Assembly (NCBI GenBank): GCA_039806065.1
Contig: JBDKJS010000083.1
Location: 4,010 to 68,009, forward strand
DNA: 64,000 bases
Source: Bacteroidota bacterium
Lineage (GTDB): Bacteria; Bacteroidota; Bacteroidia; AKYH767-A; 2013-40CM-41-45
Reading direction: 5' to 3'
The notes beneath the pieces are model-generated. The model was not told the origin of the DNA. It did not search any database and was given only the letters and a program-made list of their open reading frames with translations. Below, in pieces: positions 1 to 9,178 of this stretch; position 1 is the first letter of the stretch; every line of letters begins with the position of its first letter. A program made the translations under genes and the position numbers.

Positions 1-1
1 A

Positions 2-718
2 AATGTAATTAATGCCAATGCATGGGGTTATGATGACATGGTTAGAAAATTTGGTCAACCGGTAGATAGAACTGAGTGGGGCATGTATCCACAAACTTAC
101 AATGCCTATTACAATCCATCGAACAATGAAATATGTGTTCCGGGTTGCAATATCTATGTACCAGGATTTGAACTAGCCGATGACGCTGTACTCTACGGCA
201 TCATTGGTGGTTCTACTTTTGGTCATGAAATAACGCACGGTTTTGATGACCAAGGTTCACAATACGATGAGAATGGAAACCTTAACAATTGGTGGACTGC
301 AGAAGATAAAAGGAAATTTGGAGAAAAAACTAAATTAATTGTACAACAATTTAACAATTACACGGTATTAGACAGCATTCATGTAAATGGCGATGCCACT
401 CAAGGAGAAAACATTGCCGATTTAGGCGGTGTGGTAATGGGATATGAAGCCTTTAAGAAGACACCACAATATAAAAACAATGAGATAATAGCCGGTCTCA
501 CACCCGATCAACGCTTCTTTTTAGGCTATGCCTATGCATGGATGGTAAACCGAAGACCAGAAGCCATGCAACGGATGATCTTGACAGATGTTCATGCACC
601 TGCACAATGGCGTATTAATGGTCCCCTGAGCAATATGCCAGAGTTTTATAAAACATTTGATGTGAAGGAAGGCGATAAAATGTATAGACCAGATAGCATG
701 CGAGTAAAGATTTGGTAG
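2..718 (+). CDS. M13 family zinc metallopeptidase (neprilysin/PepO-like), C-terminal part; 5' end lies outside the window
   Basis: Frame is open from nt 2. HEITHGFD zinc-binding HExxH motif. NGENIADLGG (ENxADxGG) and C-terminal RPDS..VKIW end are typical of the M13 family. Confidence 0.85.
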   Translation, partial: NVINANAWGYDDMVRKFGQPVDRTEWGMYPQTYNAYYNPSNNEICVPGCNIYVPGFELADDAVLYGIIGGSTFGHEITHGFDDQGSQYDENGNLNNWWTAEDKRKFGEKTKLIVQQFNNYTVLDSIHVNGDATQGENIADLGGVVMGYEAFKKTPQYKNNEIIAGLTPDQRFFLGYAYAWMVNRRPEAMQRMILTDVHAPAQWRINGPLSNMPEFYKTFDVKEGDKMYRPDSMRVKIW

Positions 719-743
719 CACATAATCTACACAATTATAAAAA

Positions 744-775
744 CTGCTTCAATATGATTGAGGCAGTTTTTTTTT
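744..775 (+). terminator. Rho-independent terminator after the M13 peptidase gene
   Basis: Hairpin CTGCTTCAAT/ATTGAGGCAG (one G-U pair) followed by a T9 run, starting 26 nt after the stop codon. Confidence 0.65.
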
Positions 776-876
776 ACACCACTTGACCATGCCTAGCCAC
801 TCTTGAAAGTGAAAAAGTTATTGCGCTCTAATTTATTGTGGCATGCCAATCAAATTTATACCTTTCCATTTTTCAA

Positions 877-2391
877 ATGAACCCAAGCAGCACTGAAATA
901 TTATTCTTTAATCCCAGAGCCTTAGAGCACAAGCCTCGCATTCCAAATAGTTTGCTTCAAGTAGCGGCCAGTATTGACCAGGATCACCGGTGGCATTTGG
1001 TAGATGGGAATTTAGAAACAGAACCTTTGACAGCCATAGCGGTCCTTCTTGAAAAATATCCGATCAAAATATTTGCCTGTACAGTAATGCCAGGGCCACA
1101 GCTTAGGCAAGCCATTCCCATATCCAAATGGATGAGGGAACACTACCCTGCTGTGATTGTGGTATGGGGAGGTTATTTTCCCAGCAACCATGCACAAGTA
1201 GTATTGGGTAGTGGCTATGTAGATTTCATCATCAACGGCATGGGCGATAAGGCTTTTCCGCTATTGGTAAAAAAAATACTCGCCAACGAAACCGACTACA
1301 ATACGGTACCAAATTTAATATTTATACAATCACATAAATTAGTAAAGACTCCGAAAGATGAAATTTATAACTTAGATGAGTTGCCGGCATTACCCTATGA
1401 AAAACTAAACTCCATATATTCATTAGAAAAATACCTGGGTAAAACCTACTTAGGAAAAAAAACAATAGCCTACCACAGTAGTTTTGGATGTCCTTTTACA
1501 TGTTCATTTTGTGCAGTGGTGCCCATTTACAATGCAAGATGGAAGGGCAAAGCAGCCACTTTAGTATATGAGGATATAATGCGACTGAAAACGCAACATG
1601 GAGCCGATGCCATCGAATTTCATGACAATAATTTTTTTGTTAGTGAAAAGCGCACGCAAGAATTTTCAACATTAATAGCACCACATAACATGGTATGGTG
1701 GGGTGAAGGGCGGATAGATACAATTGATCGCTATAGCGATCACACCTTACAAACAATGCGCCAAAGTGGGTGTAAGATGATATTTTTTGGGGCTGAAACT
1801 GGCAACGATGCGGTATTAAAAAAAATGGATAAAGGCGGAACTCAAAGTGGTGCACAAATACTTCGTTTTGCAAAGCGAATGTTAGAATTTGATATCATTC
1901 CTGAATATTCCTTTGTATTAGGAACGCCAGCAGAAAGTGAAGCAGCCTCCTGGCGGCAGATAAAAGAAGACATTGCATTTATTAGAAAGGTTAAAGACAT
2001 CAACCCATCAGCAGAAATAATTATTTACATCTACAGTCCAGTGCCCACAGAAGGGAGCACACTATTTAGTCAAGTAAAAGCTACAGGCTTTAATTTTCCA
2101 CAAACGCTTGAAGATTGGTTGACCCCAGCATGGGAAAATTTTGACTTAAGAAAAAATCCACTCACACCATGGCTTACTTCGGAAATGATTCAGCATATAA
2201 AAGATTTTGAAACAGTATTGAATGCCCGATTCCCAACCATATCAGACATCAGACTTAACCAGATGCAGCGCAGCACCTTGCAAAGGTTGGGCTATTTAAG
2301 GTACCATACGAAGATTTACCGAGCACCATATGAATTGAAGTTATTACAAAAAATTTGGAAATATCGACAACCAGAAACCGAAGGCTTCTAA
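877..2391 (+). CDS. B12-binding domain radical SAM protein (class B radical SAM), paralog 1
   Basis: N-terminal cobalamin-binding-type Rossmann region (ILFFNP..., VDFIINGMGDKAF). Radical SAM core with CxxxCxxC = CPFTCSFC. ATG at 877 chosen; the ORF-track longest start at 838 is GTG. Confidence 0.8.
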   Translation: MNPSSTEILFFNPRALEHKPRIPNSLLQVAASIDQDHRWHLVDGNLETEPLTAIAVLLEKYPIKIFACTVMPGPQLRQAIPISKWMREHYPAVIVVWGGYFPSNHAQVVLGSGYVDFIINGMGDKAFPLLVKKILANETDYNTVPNLIFIQSHKLVKTPKDEIYNLDELPALPYEKLNSIYSLEKYLGKTYLGKKTIAYHSSFGCPFTCSFCAVVPIYNARWKGKAATLVYEDIMRLKTQHGADAIEFHDNNFFVSEKRTQEFSTLIAPHNMVWWGEGRIDTIDRYSDHTLQTMRQSGCKMIFFGAETGNDAVLKKMDKGGTQSGAQILRFAKRMLEFDIIPEYSFVLGTPAESEAASWRQIKEDIAFIRKVKDINPSAEIIIYIYSPVPTEGSTLFSQVKATGFNFPQTLEDWLTPAWENFDLRKNPLTPWLTSEMIQHIKDFETVLNARFPTISDIRLNQMQRSTLQRLGYLRYHTKIYRAPYELKLLQKIWKYRQPETEGF

Positions 2392-2393
2392 CT

Positions 2394-3056
2394 ATGAATA
2401 AGGTATTTAAAAAAATATTGAATAATACGTACAAGCCACTGCTGCAGCAATATTTAAAAAAAGACCGCAGCTATACCTGGAAAAATATTAACTTAAGCAT
2501 ACCAGCTGGCATTTTTCATCCCAAATTTTTTTTTAGTACTCAATTGCTTTTGCGATTCCTCTCAGCGGTTGATTTAAATAATAAAAAGATCATTGAAATC
2601 GGTTGCGGTTCGGGACTAATTAGTATTTACTGTGCGCAACAACAGGGCATGGTAACGAGTGTAGATATTAATACAGCAGCCGTAAAATGTACAGCCTTAA
2701 ATGCATCAATAAATAATGTAGCCATCAATGCTTTAGAAAGTAATTTATTTGCTAATATTCCAAATCAAGAATTTGATATCCTCATCATTAATCCACCCTA
2801 TTATGCAGGCGCCATTCACCAACCAGCAGACCATGCATGGTACGCTGGTCCCAATTATGAATACTTTTATCAATTATTTGAGCAACTTCCCAATTATATG
2901 AATAGCAGCAGCCGGGTTTTCATCATCCTATCGGAAGAGGGACCCACGGACTTAATCAAAAAGCTGTGCTTACCTCATTTTACTATTTATAAAATTCATA
3001 CTTTTAACAAGTGGCTCGAAAAAAATCATATTTTTGAAATCACCCTTTCTCTATGA
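2394..3056 (+). CDS. MTS-type class I SAM-dependent methyltransferase with NPPY motif (amino-group N-methyltransferase signature)
   Basis: Motif I EIGCGSGLIS and motif IV ILIINPPYY, as in RsmC/RlmG/PrmC-type enzymes. ATG lies 2 nt after the upstream stop. Confidence 0.75.
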   Translation: MNKVFKKILNNTYKPLLQQYLKKDRSYTWKNINLSIPAGIFHPKFFFSTQLLLRFLSAVDLNNKKIIEIGCGSGLISIYCAQQQGMVTSVDINTAAVKCTALNASINNVAINALESNLFANIPNQEFDILIINPPYYAGAIHQPADHAWYAGPNYEYFYQLFEQLPNYMNSSSRVFIILSEEGPTDLIKKLCLPHFTIYKIHTFNKWLEKNHIFEITLSL

Positions 3057-4018
3057 ATAGTTTTGTTCCATCACTTGCGCCCGAAGAAATAATCCAACAG
3101 ACAGATGTGGGATTATCAATCCTTCATACCTTAGTTTACTTTGACTTATTCAAACATCCACTCACTGCTAATGAGATTGTAAAATACCAATTCAAAAGCA
3201 GTGCGACCGCATTACAAATAAGCGAAACATTGGATGAGTTGCTTCGATTGCGAATGATTAAAAACAGCAATGGTTATTTTTCACTTTATACTAGTGGTGA
3301 ATATTTAGAGCGAAGGCTTAATGGAGAAAGACAAAGTCGCAAGGCGATGGCCATTGCCAGACATAAAAGTAAAATTATAGCCTTATTTCCCTTTGTTCGA
3401 GGAGTTGCCATTTCAGGATCATTATCAAAAGGATATACTGATAAAGATGGCGATATTGATTACTTTATTATTACCTCCCCAAATAGGTTGTGGACATGCA
3501 AACTAATTTTAATGTTATATAAAAAAATATTTTTACTCAATAGCAGAAAACATTTTTGTTTAAACTACTTTATATCAAACGACCAACTTACCATTCCAGA
3601 TAAAAATATTTTTACCGCAATAGAAATTGCATTTTTGAAATGCACTTACAATCAATCACAAATAGATCAATTTAATAGAGCCAATAGCTGGATAGCTACA
3701 TTTTTACCCATTCACAGTTTTATATCAGGCGTTGGAACAAATCCTTATAGAGAAAGTAAAATAGAGTGGCTTTTCAAAGGCTGGGTAGGAAATATATTTG
3801 AAAAATTTTCTTATAAGATTTTAAAATTTCATAAAAGTGTAAAATTTAAACATTACCATCCTGCGCAAGTCAATATCAATTTACGGTCTACAAGTACTGC
3901 ATCAAAACACCATCCATTAGGTTACCAACAGCGGGTATTAAGTGCCTTTGCCGAAAGATGTGAAAAAATTAATTCCGAATATTTAGCATCCATGCATCGT
4001 GATATTACTCACTCATAG
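3053..4018 (+). CDS. Pol-beta-superfamily nucleotidyltransferase domain protein with N-terminal helical/winged-helix-like region
   Basis: ISGSLSKGYTDKDGDIDYFII matches the hG[GS]-x9-13-DhD nucleotidyltransferase signature. Start ATG overlaps the upstream stop (ATGA), indicating translational coupling. Confidence 0.7.
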   Translation: MNSFVPSLAPEEIIQQTDVGLSILHTLVYFDLFKHPLTANEIVKYQFKSSATALQISETLDELLRLRMIKNSNGYFSLYTSGEYLERRLNGERQSRKAMAIARHKSKIIALFPFVRGVAISGSLSKGYTDKDGDIDYFIITSPNRLWTCKLILMLYKKIFLLNSRKHFCLNYFISNDQLTIPDKNIFTAIEIAFLKCTYNQSQIDQFNRANSWIATFLPIHSFISGVGTNPYRESKIEWLFKGWVGNIFEKFSYKILKFHKSVKFKHYHPAQVNINLRSTSTASKHHPLGYQQRVLSAFAERCEKINSEYLASMHRDITHS

Positions 4019-5429
4019 TTACCATTTACATTTCGATCAAAAACAATTATTACTTGGCAAACCCTATCCCCCATTGGGGATGCTATATGCATCGGCAGTA
4101 CTTCAACAAGCAGGCATGGAAGTAGCCTGTCACGATCCAATGTTTAGTAAAACCTTGGCACCTTTTACCACAGCATTGCACCAGCATCAACCAAATTATA
4201 TGATCGTATATGATGATGGCTTTAATTATTTAAATAAAATGTGCCTAAGTAATATGCGCGATGCAAGTATTAGGATGGCAAAGGAAGCAAAGTTATTATA
4301 CAAGTGTATAACTATAATAGTGAGCAGCGATAGCAGTGATAGACCTCTTGATTACCTTCAAAACGGATTTGACTATGTAATAGCTGGTGAAGGAGAAATG
4401 GCCCTATTACAGCTAATCAATACTATAAATGGGGGAGGCAACGGGGCTGCGAGTCCAAGTGTGATCACCATGCTAAATGAAACCTTGGTTCAAAATACCA
4501 AATTGAAGGTGATGGATCAACTTGATATATTACCGCACCCGGCATGGGAACAAATAGATTTAGTGCCCTATAAAAAAACATGGCTGAAAAAGCATGGTTA
4601 TTTTTCACTTAACCTAAGTACTACCAGAGGTTGCCCTTTTAAATGCAATTGGTGTTCAAAACCTATTTATGGTAACAGGTACCATGCTCACAGTGTAGGC
4701 TATGTAATAGAAGAGATTCGCAAACTACAATCATTGGGAGCCACTCATCTTTGGATCACGGATGATATTTTTGGTTTAAAACCGGGTTGGGTAAAATTGT
4801 TTGCAGATACAATCAAGGCTGAGGGAATAAAGATTAGCTATAAAATTCAATCGCGTGTGGATTTATTACTTGAAGAAACACAGATAAAACACTTATCCAC
4901 CAGCGGTTGTGATGAGGTATGGGTAGGGGCCGAAAGTGGTTCGCAGCGAATACTTGATGCCATGGATAAAGGCACCAAGGTGGAACAAATAATGGAAGCC
5001 TGTTCATTGATGAAGTTGCATGGTATAAGACCGTGTTTATTCCTACAATTTGGCTACTTGGGCGAGCAAGCTGAAGATATAAAACAAACTATTGAAATGG
5101 TAAATTACATTAAACCATATGATATAGGTGTTTCGGTTTCTTATCCCTTGCCCGGAACTGAATTTTATGAATCAGTAAAATCGCAGCTGGTATCAAAAAC
5201 ACATTGGGTAGATAGTGATGAATTGGTAACACTTTACCAAGCCACCTACCCTACCGACTGTTATAAAAAACTACAACGCTATGTTCATGGAAAATTTAGA
5301 TGGGCACAATTTAAATCTAATCTCAGACAAGGGCGCTTGAATCATTGGCGGTACCTATTTACAGCCCCTTACCATGGGCTCCACAGTTTTTTGCTTAAGC
5401 ATCAATTGAAAACATATTTTAGGTTATAG
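3999..5429 (+). CDS. B12-binding domain radical SAM protein (class B radical SAM), paralog 2
   Basis: N-terminus ILLTHSY...PPLGMLYASAVLQQAGMEV is a canonical B12-domain start. CPFKCNWC is the CxxxCxxC cluster. GTG start overlaps the nucleotidyltransferase gene by about 20 nt. Confidence 0.75.
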   Translation: MILLTHSYHLHFDQKQLLLGKPYPPLGMLYASAVLQQAGMEVACHDPMFSKTLAPFTTALHQHQPNYMIVYDDGFNYLNKMCLSNMRDASIRMAKEAKLLYKCITIIVSSDSSDRPLDYLQNGFDYVIAGEGEMALLQLINTINGGGNGAASPSVITMLNETLVQNTKLKVMDQLDILPHPAWEQIDLVPYKKTWLKKHGYFSLNLSTTRGCPFKCNWCSKPIYGNRYHAHSVGYVIEEIRKLQSLGATHLWITDDIFGLKPGWVKLFADTIKAEGIKISYKIQSRVDLLLEETQIKHLSTSGCDEVWVGAESGSQRILDAMDKGTKVEQIMEACSLMKLHGIRPCLFLQFGYLGEQAEDIKQTIEMVNYIKPYDIGVSVSYPLPGTEFYESVKSQLVSKTHWVDSDELVTLYQATYPTDCYKKLQRYVHGKFRWAQFKSNLRQGRLNHWRYLFTAPYHGLHSFLLKHQLKTYFRL

Positions 5430-5515
5430 CACAACCCTTACAAAAAAGAAACCCCGCCCGGGGGAGAGCGAGGTTTACACACACTAAGCTATGAAAATAA
5501 AAAACGGTAGTTCGA

Positions 5516-7036
5516 TTAATCGGGGTTGTCGTGCAAAAAGCTATTATTGGTTCGCAGCTGCAATCCGTGATCTTGGTCACTATTGAGTGAGGTTCTTGAT
5601 AGGTGTTGTTGGCTACTATGTTGTGCTTCATCCAGTTTCATTTTCTGGCGTTCGAAAGCTGGAATATTTTCGAGTTCGGCCAACTTCTCTGGATTATTAT
5701 AGCTCATGGCTTTTAATCTTTTCAAGCGTTCTTGTGATCGTTCGAAAGCTGCTTGTTCCATAGCTGAATCATCATTCGCCATTTTTTTTTCAGCAAATGG
5801 ATTTACTGTTCTCCCTATCTGAGGCTTAACATTATCTGGCAATGGAGGATTTGGATTAATTTCAAATTCTACTGTATGATCGTTAGTATTGGTAGTCCCC
5901 AGGTCAAAATATTTAATTTCAGAATCGGCTGTATTGCCAGTAGTATTGACTTTGATTTGAGGATCTAAAGAATGTGCTTGAGCATTATATGGAGCTATTT
6001 CAGGGTTGGTTTTTGGCAGGGGTGTATTGTTTAAATCATGCTTGATAGGTACATTTTGAAGTTCTTTATCTAATTCCAATTTGGTTTTAAATCCTGTGGC
6101 AATAAGCGTTACACCTACCTTGCTGCCCATATTGGCATCATAACAATTTCCCCAAATAATTTCGGCACTCATACCGGCTGCCTCTTGAACATGATCTGTT
6201 ATTTGACCAATCTCATCCATGGTTATTTCTTCATCGCCATAACTGATATTTAAAAGTATATAGCGAGCACCCTTTATTTCATTATCATTGAGTAAAGGAG
6301 AGGCCAAAGCATTGGAGATGGCATCCATAGCTCTGTTAGATCCTTGCCCGAAACCAGTTCCCATAATAGCAGCACCTGAATCTTGAACAGCGGTTCTTAC
6401 ATCTTCAAAATCTACATTGATATAACCGGTAACAGTAATTATTTCTGCGATTCCTTTGGCTGCAGTGGTCAATACTTCATCAGCATGAGCGAATGCAGTA
6501 CTTATTTTTTGGTTTCCAAAGAGTTCTCTTAGTTTTTCATTTTTAATGATAATGATGGCATCTACATTTTTTTTAAGAGCCTCAATACCACTGTTTGCTG
6601 CTTCAAAACGTTTCTTGCCTTCAAATGGAAAAGGAGTAGTAACAATACCAACAGTGAGAATTCCTAATTCGCGTGCCTGTTGCGCTATGATGGGAGCTGC
6701 GCCAGTACCTGTGCCACCGCCCATACCAGCGGTAATAAAAACCATTTTGGTATTTTTATTCAGTACATCTCTAATTTCATCTAGACTTTCAACGGCAGCA
6801 TTACACCCCACTTCAGGTTTTGATCCAGCGCCATAGCCAGCGGTGAGTGTAGTGCCCAACTGAATTCTGGTAGGAATTGGACTCACCTCCAATGCTTGAG
6901 CATCGGTATTACACACTATAAATTCCACTCCCTTAATTCCCTGTCGGAACATGTGGTTAACGGCATTGCTTCCACCGCCACCAACGCCTATGACCTTGAT
7001 GATTGAAGAATCTGCACTGGGTATATCAAATTGCAT
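5516..7036 (-). CDS. ftsZ: Cell division protein FtsZ
   Basis: GVGGGGSNAV and GGGTGTGAAP tubulin-signature motifs. C-terminal NIPAFERQK peptide. Terminal gene of the dcw cluster. Confidence 0.95.
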   Translation of the reverse strand: MQFDIPSADSSIIKVIGVGGGGSNAVNHMFRQGIKGVEFIVCNTDAQALEVSPIPTRIQLGTTLTAGYGAGSKPEVGCNAAVESLDEIRDVLNKNTKMVFITAGMGGGTGTGAAPIIAQQARELGILTVGIVTTPFPFEGKKRFEAANSGIEALKKNVDAIIIIKNEKLRELFGNQKISTAFAHADEVLTTAAKGIAEIITVTGYINVDFEDVRTAVQDSGAAIMGTGFGQGSNRAMDAISNALASPLLNDNEIKGARYILLNISYGDEEITMDEIGQITDHVQEAAGMSAEIIWGNCYDANMGSKVGVTLIATGFKTKLELDKELQNVPIKHDLNNTPLPKTNPEIAPYNAQAHSLDPQIKVNTTGNTADSEIKYFDLGTTNTNDHTVEFEINPNPPLPDNVKPQIGRTVNPFAEKKMANDDSAMEQAAFERSQERLKRLKAMSYNNPEKLAELENIPAFERQKMKLDEAQHSSQQHLSRTSLNSDQDHGLQLRTNNSFLHDNPD

Positions 7037-7062
7037 ATATGTTAAGTTAAGTATTTGTTTAA

Positions 7063-8376
7063 TTATTTAATTTCTTTATCTTTTTCTTCTGCTGGGAAGA
7101 AAATATCAAGCAAGGTGCCTATTCCAAAAATGTCTGTTCTTGGATTTTTACCTTTTTCCACGACTTTATCACCGGGTGTGTTAGCAATTATTTCGTCTTT
7201 AAATCTATCCTCATTTTGAAAACCTTTCATTACCAAGCCCACCGATGTTGCATACATAGGGCTTTTGAGGTCATCAGTACCTTTAGCTATGTGTTCATTT
7301 GGATAACCTATTCTTGCTTGGAGTCCGGTCATCATTTCGGCACGGTGACGGATGTGACGCAGCTGTGCACCTCCACCGGTGAGTACCAAGCCGCAGCCTA
7401 ATTTTTTATCAAACTTAGAGGCCTTTATTTCATAATATACGCTATCCAATATCTCATCAACCCGGGCTTGAATGATTTGAGCCAATGTTTTCACTGAAAT
7501 TTCTTTAGGAGGGCGACCTCTTAGGCCAGGAATGGAAACAACTTCATTTTCAGCGTTGCTGGTGGCCAGGGCCGATCCAAATTTTATTTTTAATTGTTCG
7601 GCTTGCGATGTGATGATGCCACAACCCTCTTTGATATCACTGCTAATAATATTTCCTCCAAATGGAATTACTGCCGTATGCCGGATGATGTTGTTTTGAA
7701 AGATAGCAATATCAGTAGTGCCACCACCAATATCTACCAACACCACGCCAGCCTCTTTTTCTTCATCGGTTAATACTGCATCGCTACTTGCCAATGGTTC
7801 AAGAAAAAGACCTTTGCAAATTAAACCTGCCCGCTCTACACATTTTTTGATATCTCTAATTGCATTGATATGACCGGTAATTACATGACAGTCGGCCTCT
7901 ACTCTTGAGCCACTTCTGCCAATTGGGTTGATTACACCAGTTTCATTATCAATTTTAAATTCCTGTGGGATGATATGAATAATTTCTTCGCCACTAGGCA
8001 TGGCTATTTGTTCCAATGATTGAACAATTTTATCTATATCTACTTGTTCAATTTCATTATCATTATCTACTCCTCTAATTAAAGATCCGCGCTGTTGCAT
8101 ACTTTTTATATGCTGGCCAGCAATTCCCACGTATACTTCTTTAATAGTGATACCAGAATTTTCTTCGGCTTCCTTTACAGAAAGGATTATAGAATCTACG
8201 GTAGATTTAATGTTGGCAACTACGCCTCTCATCACACCCACTGATTCTGACTTACCCATACCGATGATATCAAGTTTGCCGTATTCATTTCTTTTGCCCA
8301 CGATAGTGGCAATTTTAGTAGTACCTATATCTAGGCCAACTACAATTTTTTCGCTTAGTGATTTGTTAGTATCCAC
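7063..8376 (-). CDS. ftsA: Cell division protein FtsA
   Basis: Actin-like ATPase with IVVGLDIGTTKI N-terminus. Position between ftsQ and ftsZ. GTG start. Confidence 0.9.
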   Translation of the reverse strand: MDTNKSLSEKIVVGLDIGTTKIATIVGKRNEYGKLDIIGMGKSESVGVMRGVVANIKSTVDSIILSVKEAEENSGITIKEVYVGIAGQHIKSMQQRGSLIRGVDNDNEIEQVDIDKIVQSLEQIAMPSGEEIIHIIPQEFKIDNETGVINPIGRSGSRVEADCHVITGHINAIRDIKKCVERAGLICKGLFLEPLASSDAVLTDEEKEAGVVLVDIGGGTTDIAIFQNNIIRHTAVIPFGGNIISSDIKEGCGIITSQAEQLKIKFGSALATSNAENEVVSIPGLRGRPPKEISVKTLAQIIQARVDEILDSVYYEIKASKFDKKLGCGLVLTGGGAQLRHIRHRAEMMTGLQARIGYPNEHIAKGTDDLKSPMYATSVGLVMKGFQNEDRFKDEIIANTPGDKVVEKGKNPRTDIFGIGTLLDIFFPAEEKDKEIK

Positions 8377-9166
8377 AGACTACCTGATCTTTAAATTTTA
8401 AATTAATTGTCTTATATTTTTCCCATCCGCACATATTAAAACCCTTTGTATAAATTACAAGGAGATTTTGCAATTTTGCTTCCATATCTAATCCATTTCC
8501 AAAGTAAATAATATGGTTTCCTACTCTTGGTACCAAAGTAAAATTTCCATCAGAATTGACATAGATTTGTTGGAGCTGAGCTTTGAGTAATTCATCTTTT
8601 TCAATTGCTTTCACCAAGTTAAACAGTGCTTCCACCGGAAGAGCCTGATTCATTTGATCATTTGTCAACACTCTAATTTTATGGTCGCTTAATTTACTTG
8701 TCAAATGCCCATTAGCTACAGGAACTAAAGGTGTGTATGAATCGCTTAGCGGCATAAAATAGCCTTCATTATCTATATAAAAACTTTCCCCCTTATGATT
8801 AAAAATACGTAGCACAGGAACTCTTTGCGATACGTAAATGTTTAGAACGCCATCAACGGTTGAAAATACTTCAGCATTGGCCACATGCGGGTTGTTTTCA
8901 ATTATACTTTCCAACACTGCTGTGTTAATTGCATTTAATTTGCTTTTTTTTATGTCACCAAATTTATAGGCTACAATATTTTTAATTTGCTGTACTGTTA
9001 CGAAGTTGACTCCTGCAGTATCATCAATATTAATTTGGAGTGATTTAAATTTTCTTTCGCTGTGTTGAAAGGAGGTGAAGCCAACAGAAATAAAAAATAG
9101 CAACATCACACCTAGCCAGGTGATGGCTTTGAGGATGCGCTGTTTATCTATTGCTTTTGGTGGCAT
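8366..9166 (-). CDS. ftsQ: Cell division protein FtsQ (POTRA-containing)
   Basis: N-terminal TM anchor. Size and position between murC and ftsA. Confidence 0.75.
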   Translation of the reverse strand: MPPKAIDKQRILKAITWLGVMLLFFISVGFTSFQHSERKFKSLQINIDDTAGVNFVTVQQIKNIVAYKFGDIKKSKLNAINTAVLESIIENNPHVANAEVFSTVDGVLNIYVSQRVPVLRIFNHKGESFYIDNEGYFMPLSDSYTPLVPVANGHLTSKLSDHKIRVLTNDQMNQALPVEALFNLVKAIEKDELLKAQLQQIYVNSDGNFTLVPRVGNHIIYFGNGLDMEAKLQNLLVIYTKGFNMCGWEKYKTINLKFKDQVVCGY

Positions 9167-9178
9167 GGGTAGAGGTAC

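Noticed and set aside
521-721. Minus-strand 66-aa ORF inside the M13 peptidase gene. The same applies to many other 60-120-aa antisense or out-of-frame ORFs in the track (for example 1012-1197, 1640-1873, 6546-6836, 7216-7401, 10197-10391, 13397-13585, 14326-14520, 15570-15893, 17605-18606, 23121-23351, 28365-29796, 42569-43123, 44892-45968, 47893-49512, 57332-57976, 58521-59887, 60374-60835, 62516-62786).
   Set aside because: Each lies fully within a longer ORF on the other strand or frame that has strong family-level motifs. No independent evidence supports them.
5430-5515. GC-rich palindromic stretch ccccgcccggggg between the convergent radical SAM and ftsZ genes. I considered whether it was a bidirectional terminator.
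   Set aside because: The stem would enclose a loop shorter than 3 nt and there is no clear U-tract. It may still help termination, but it cannot be supported as a canonical intrinsic terminator.
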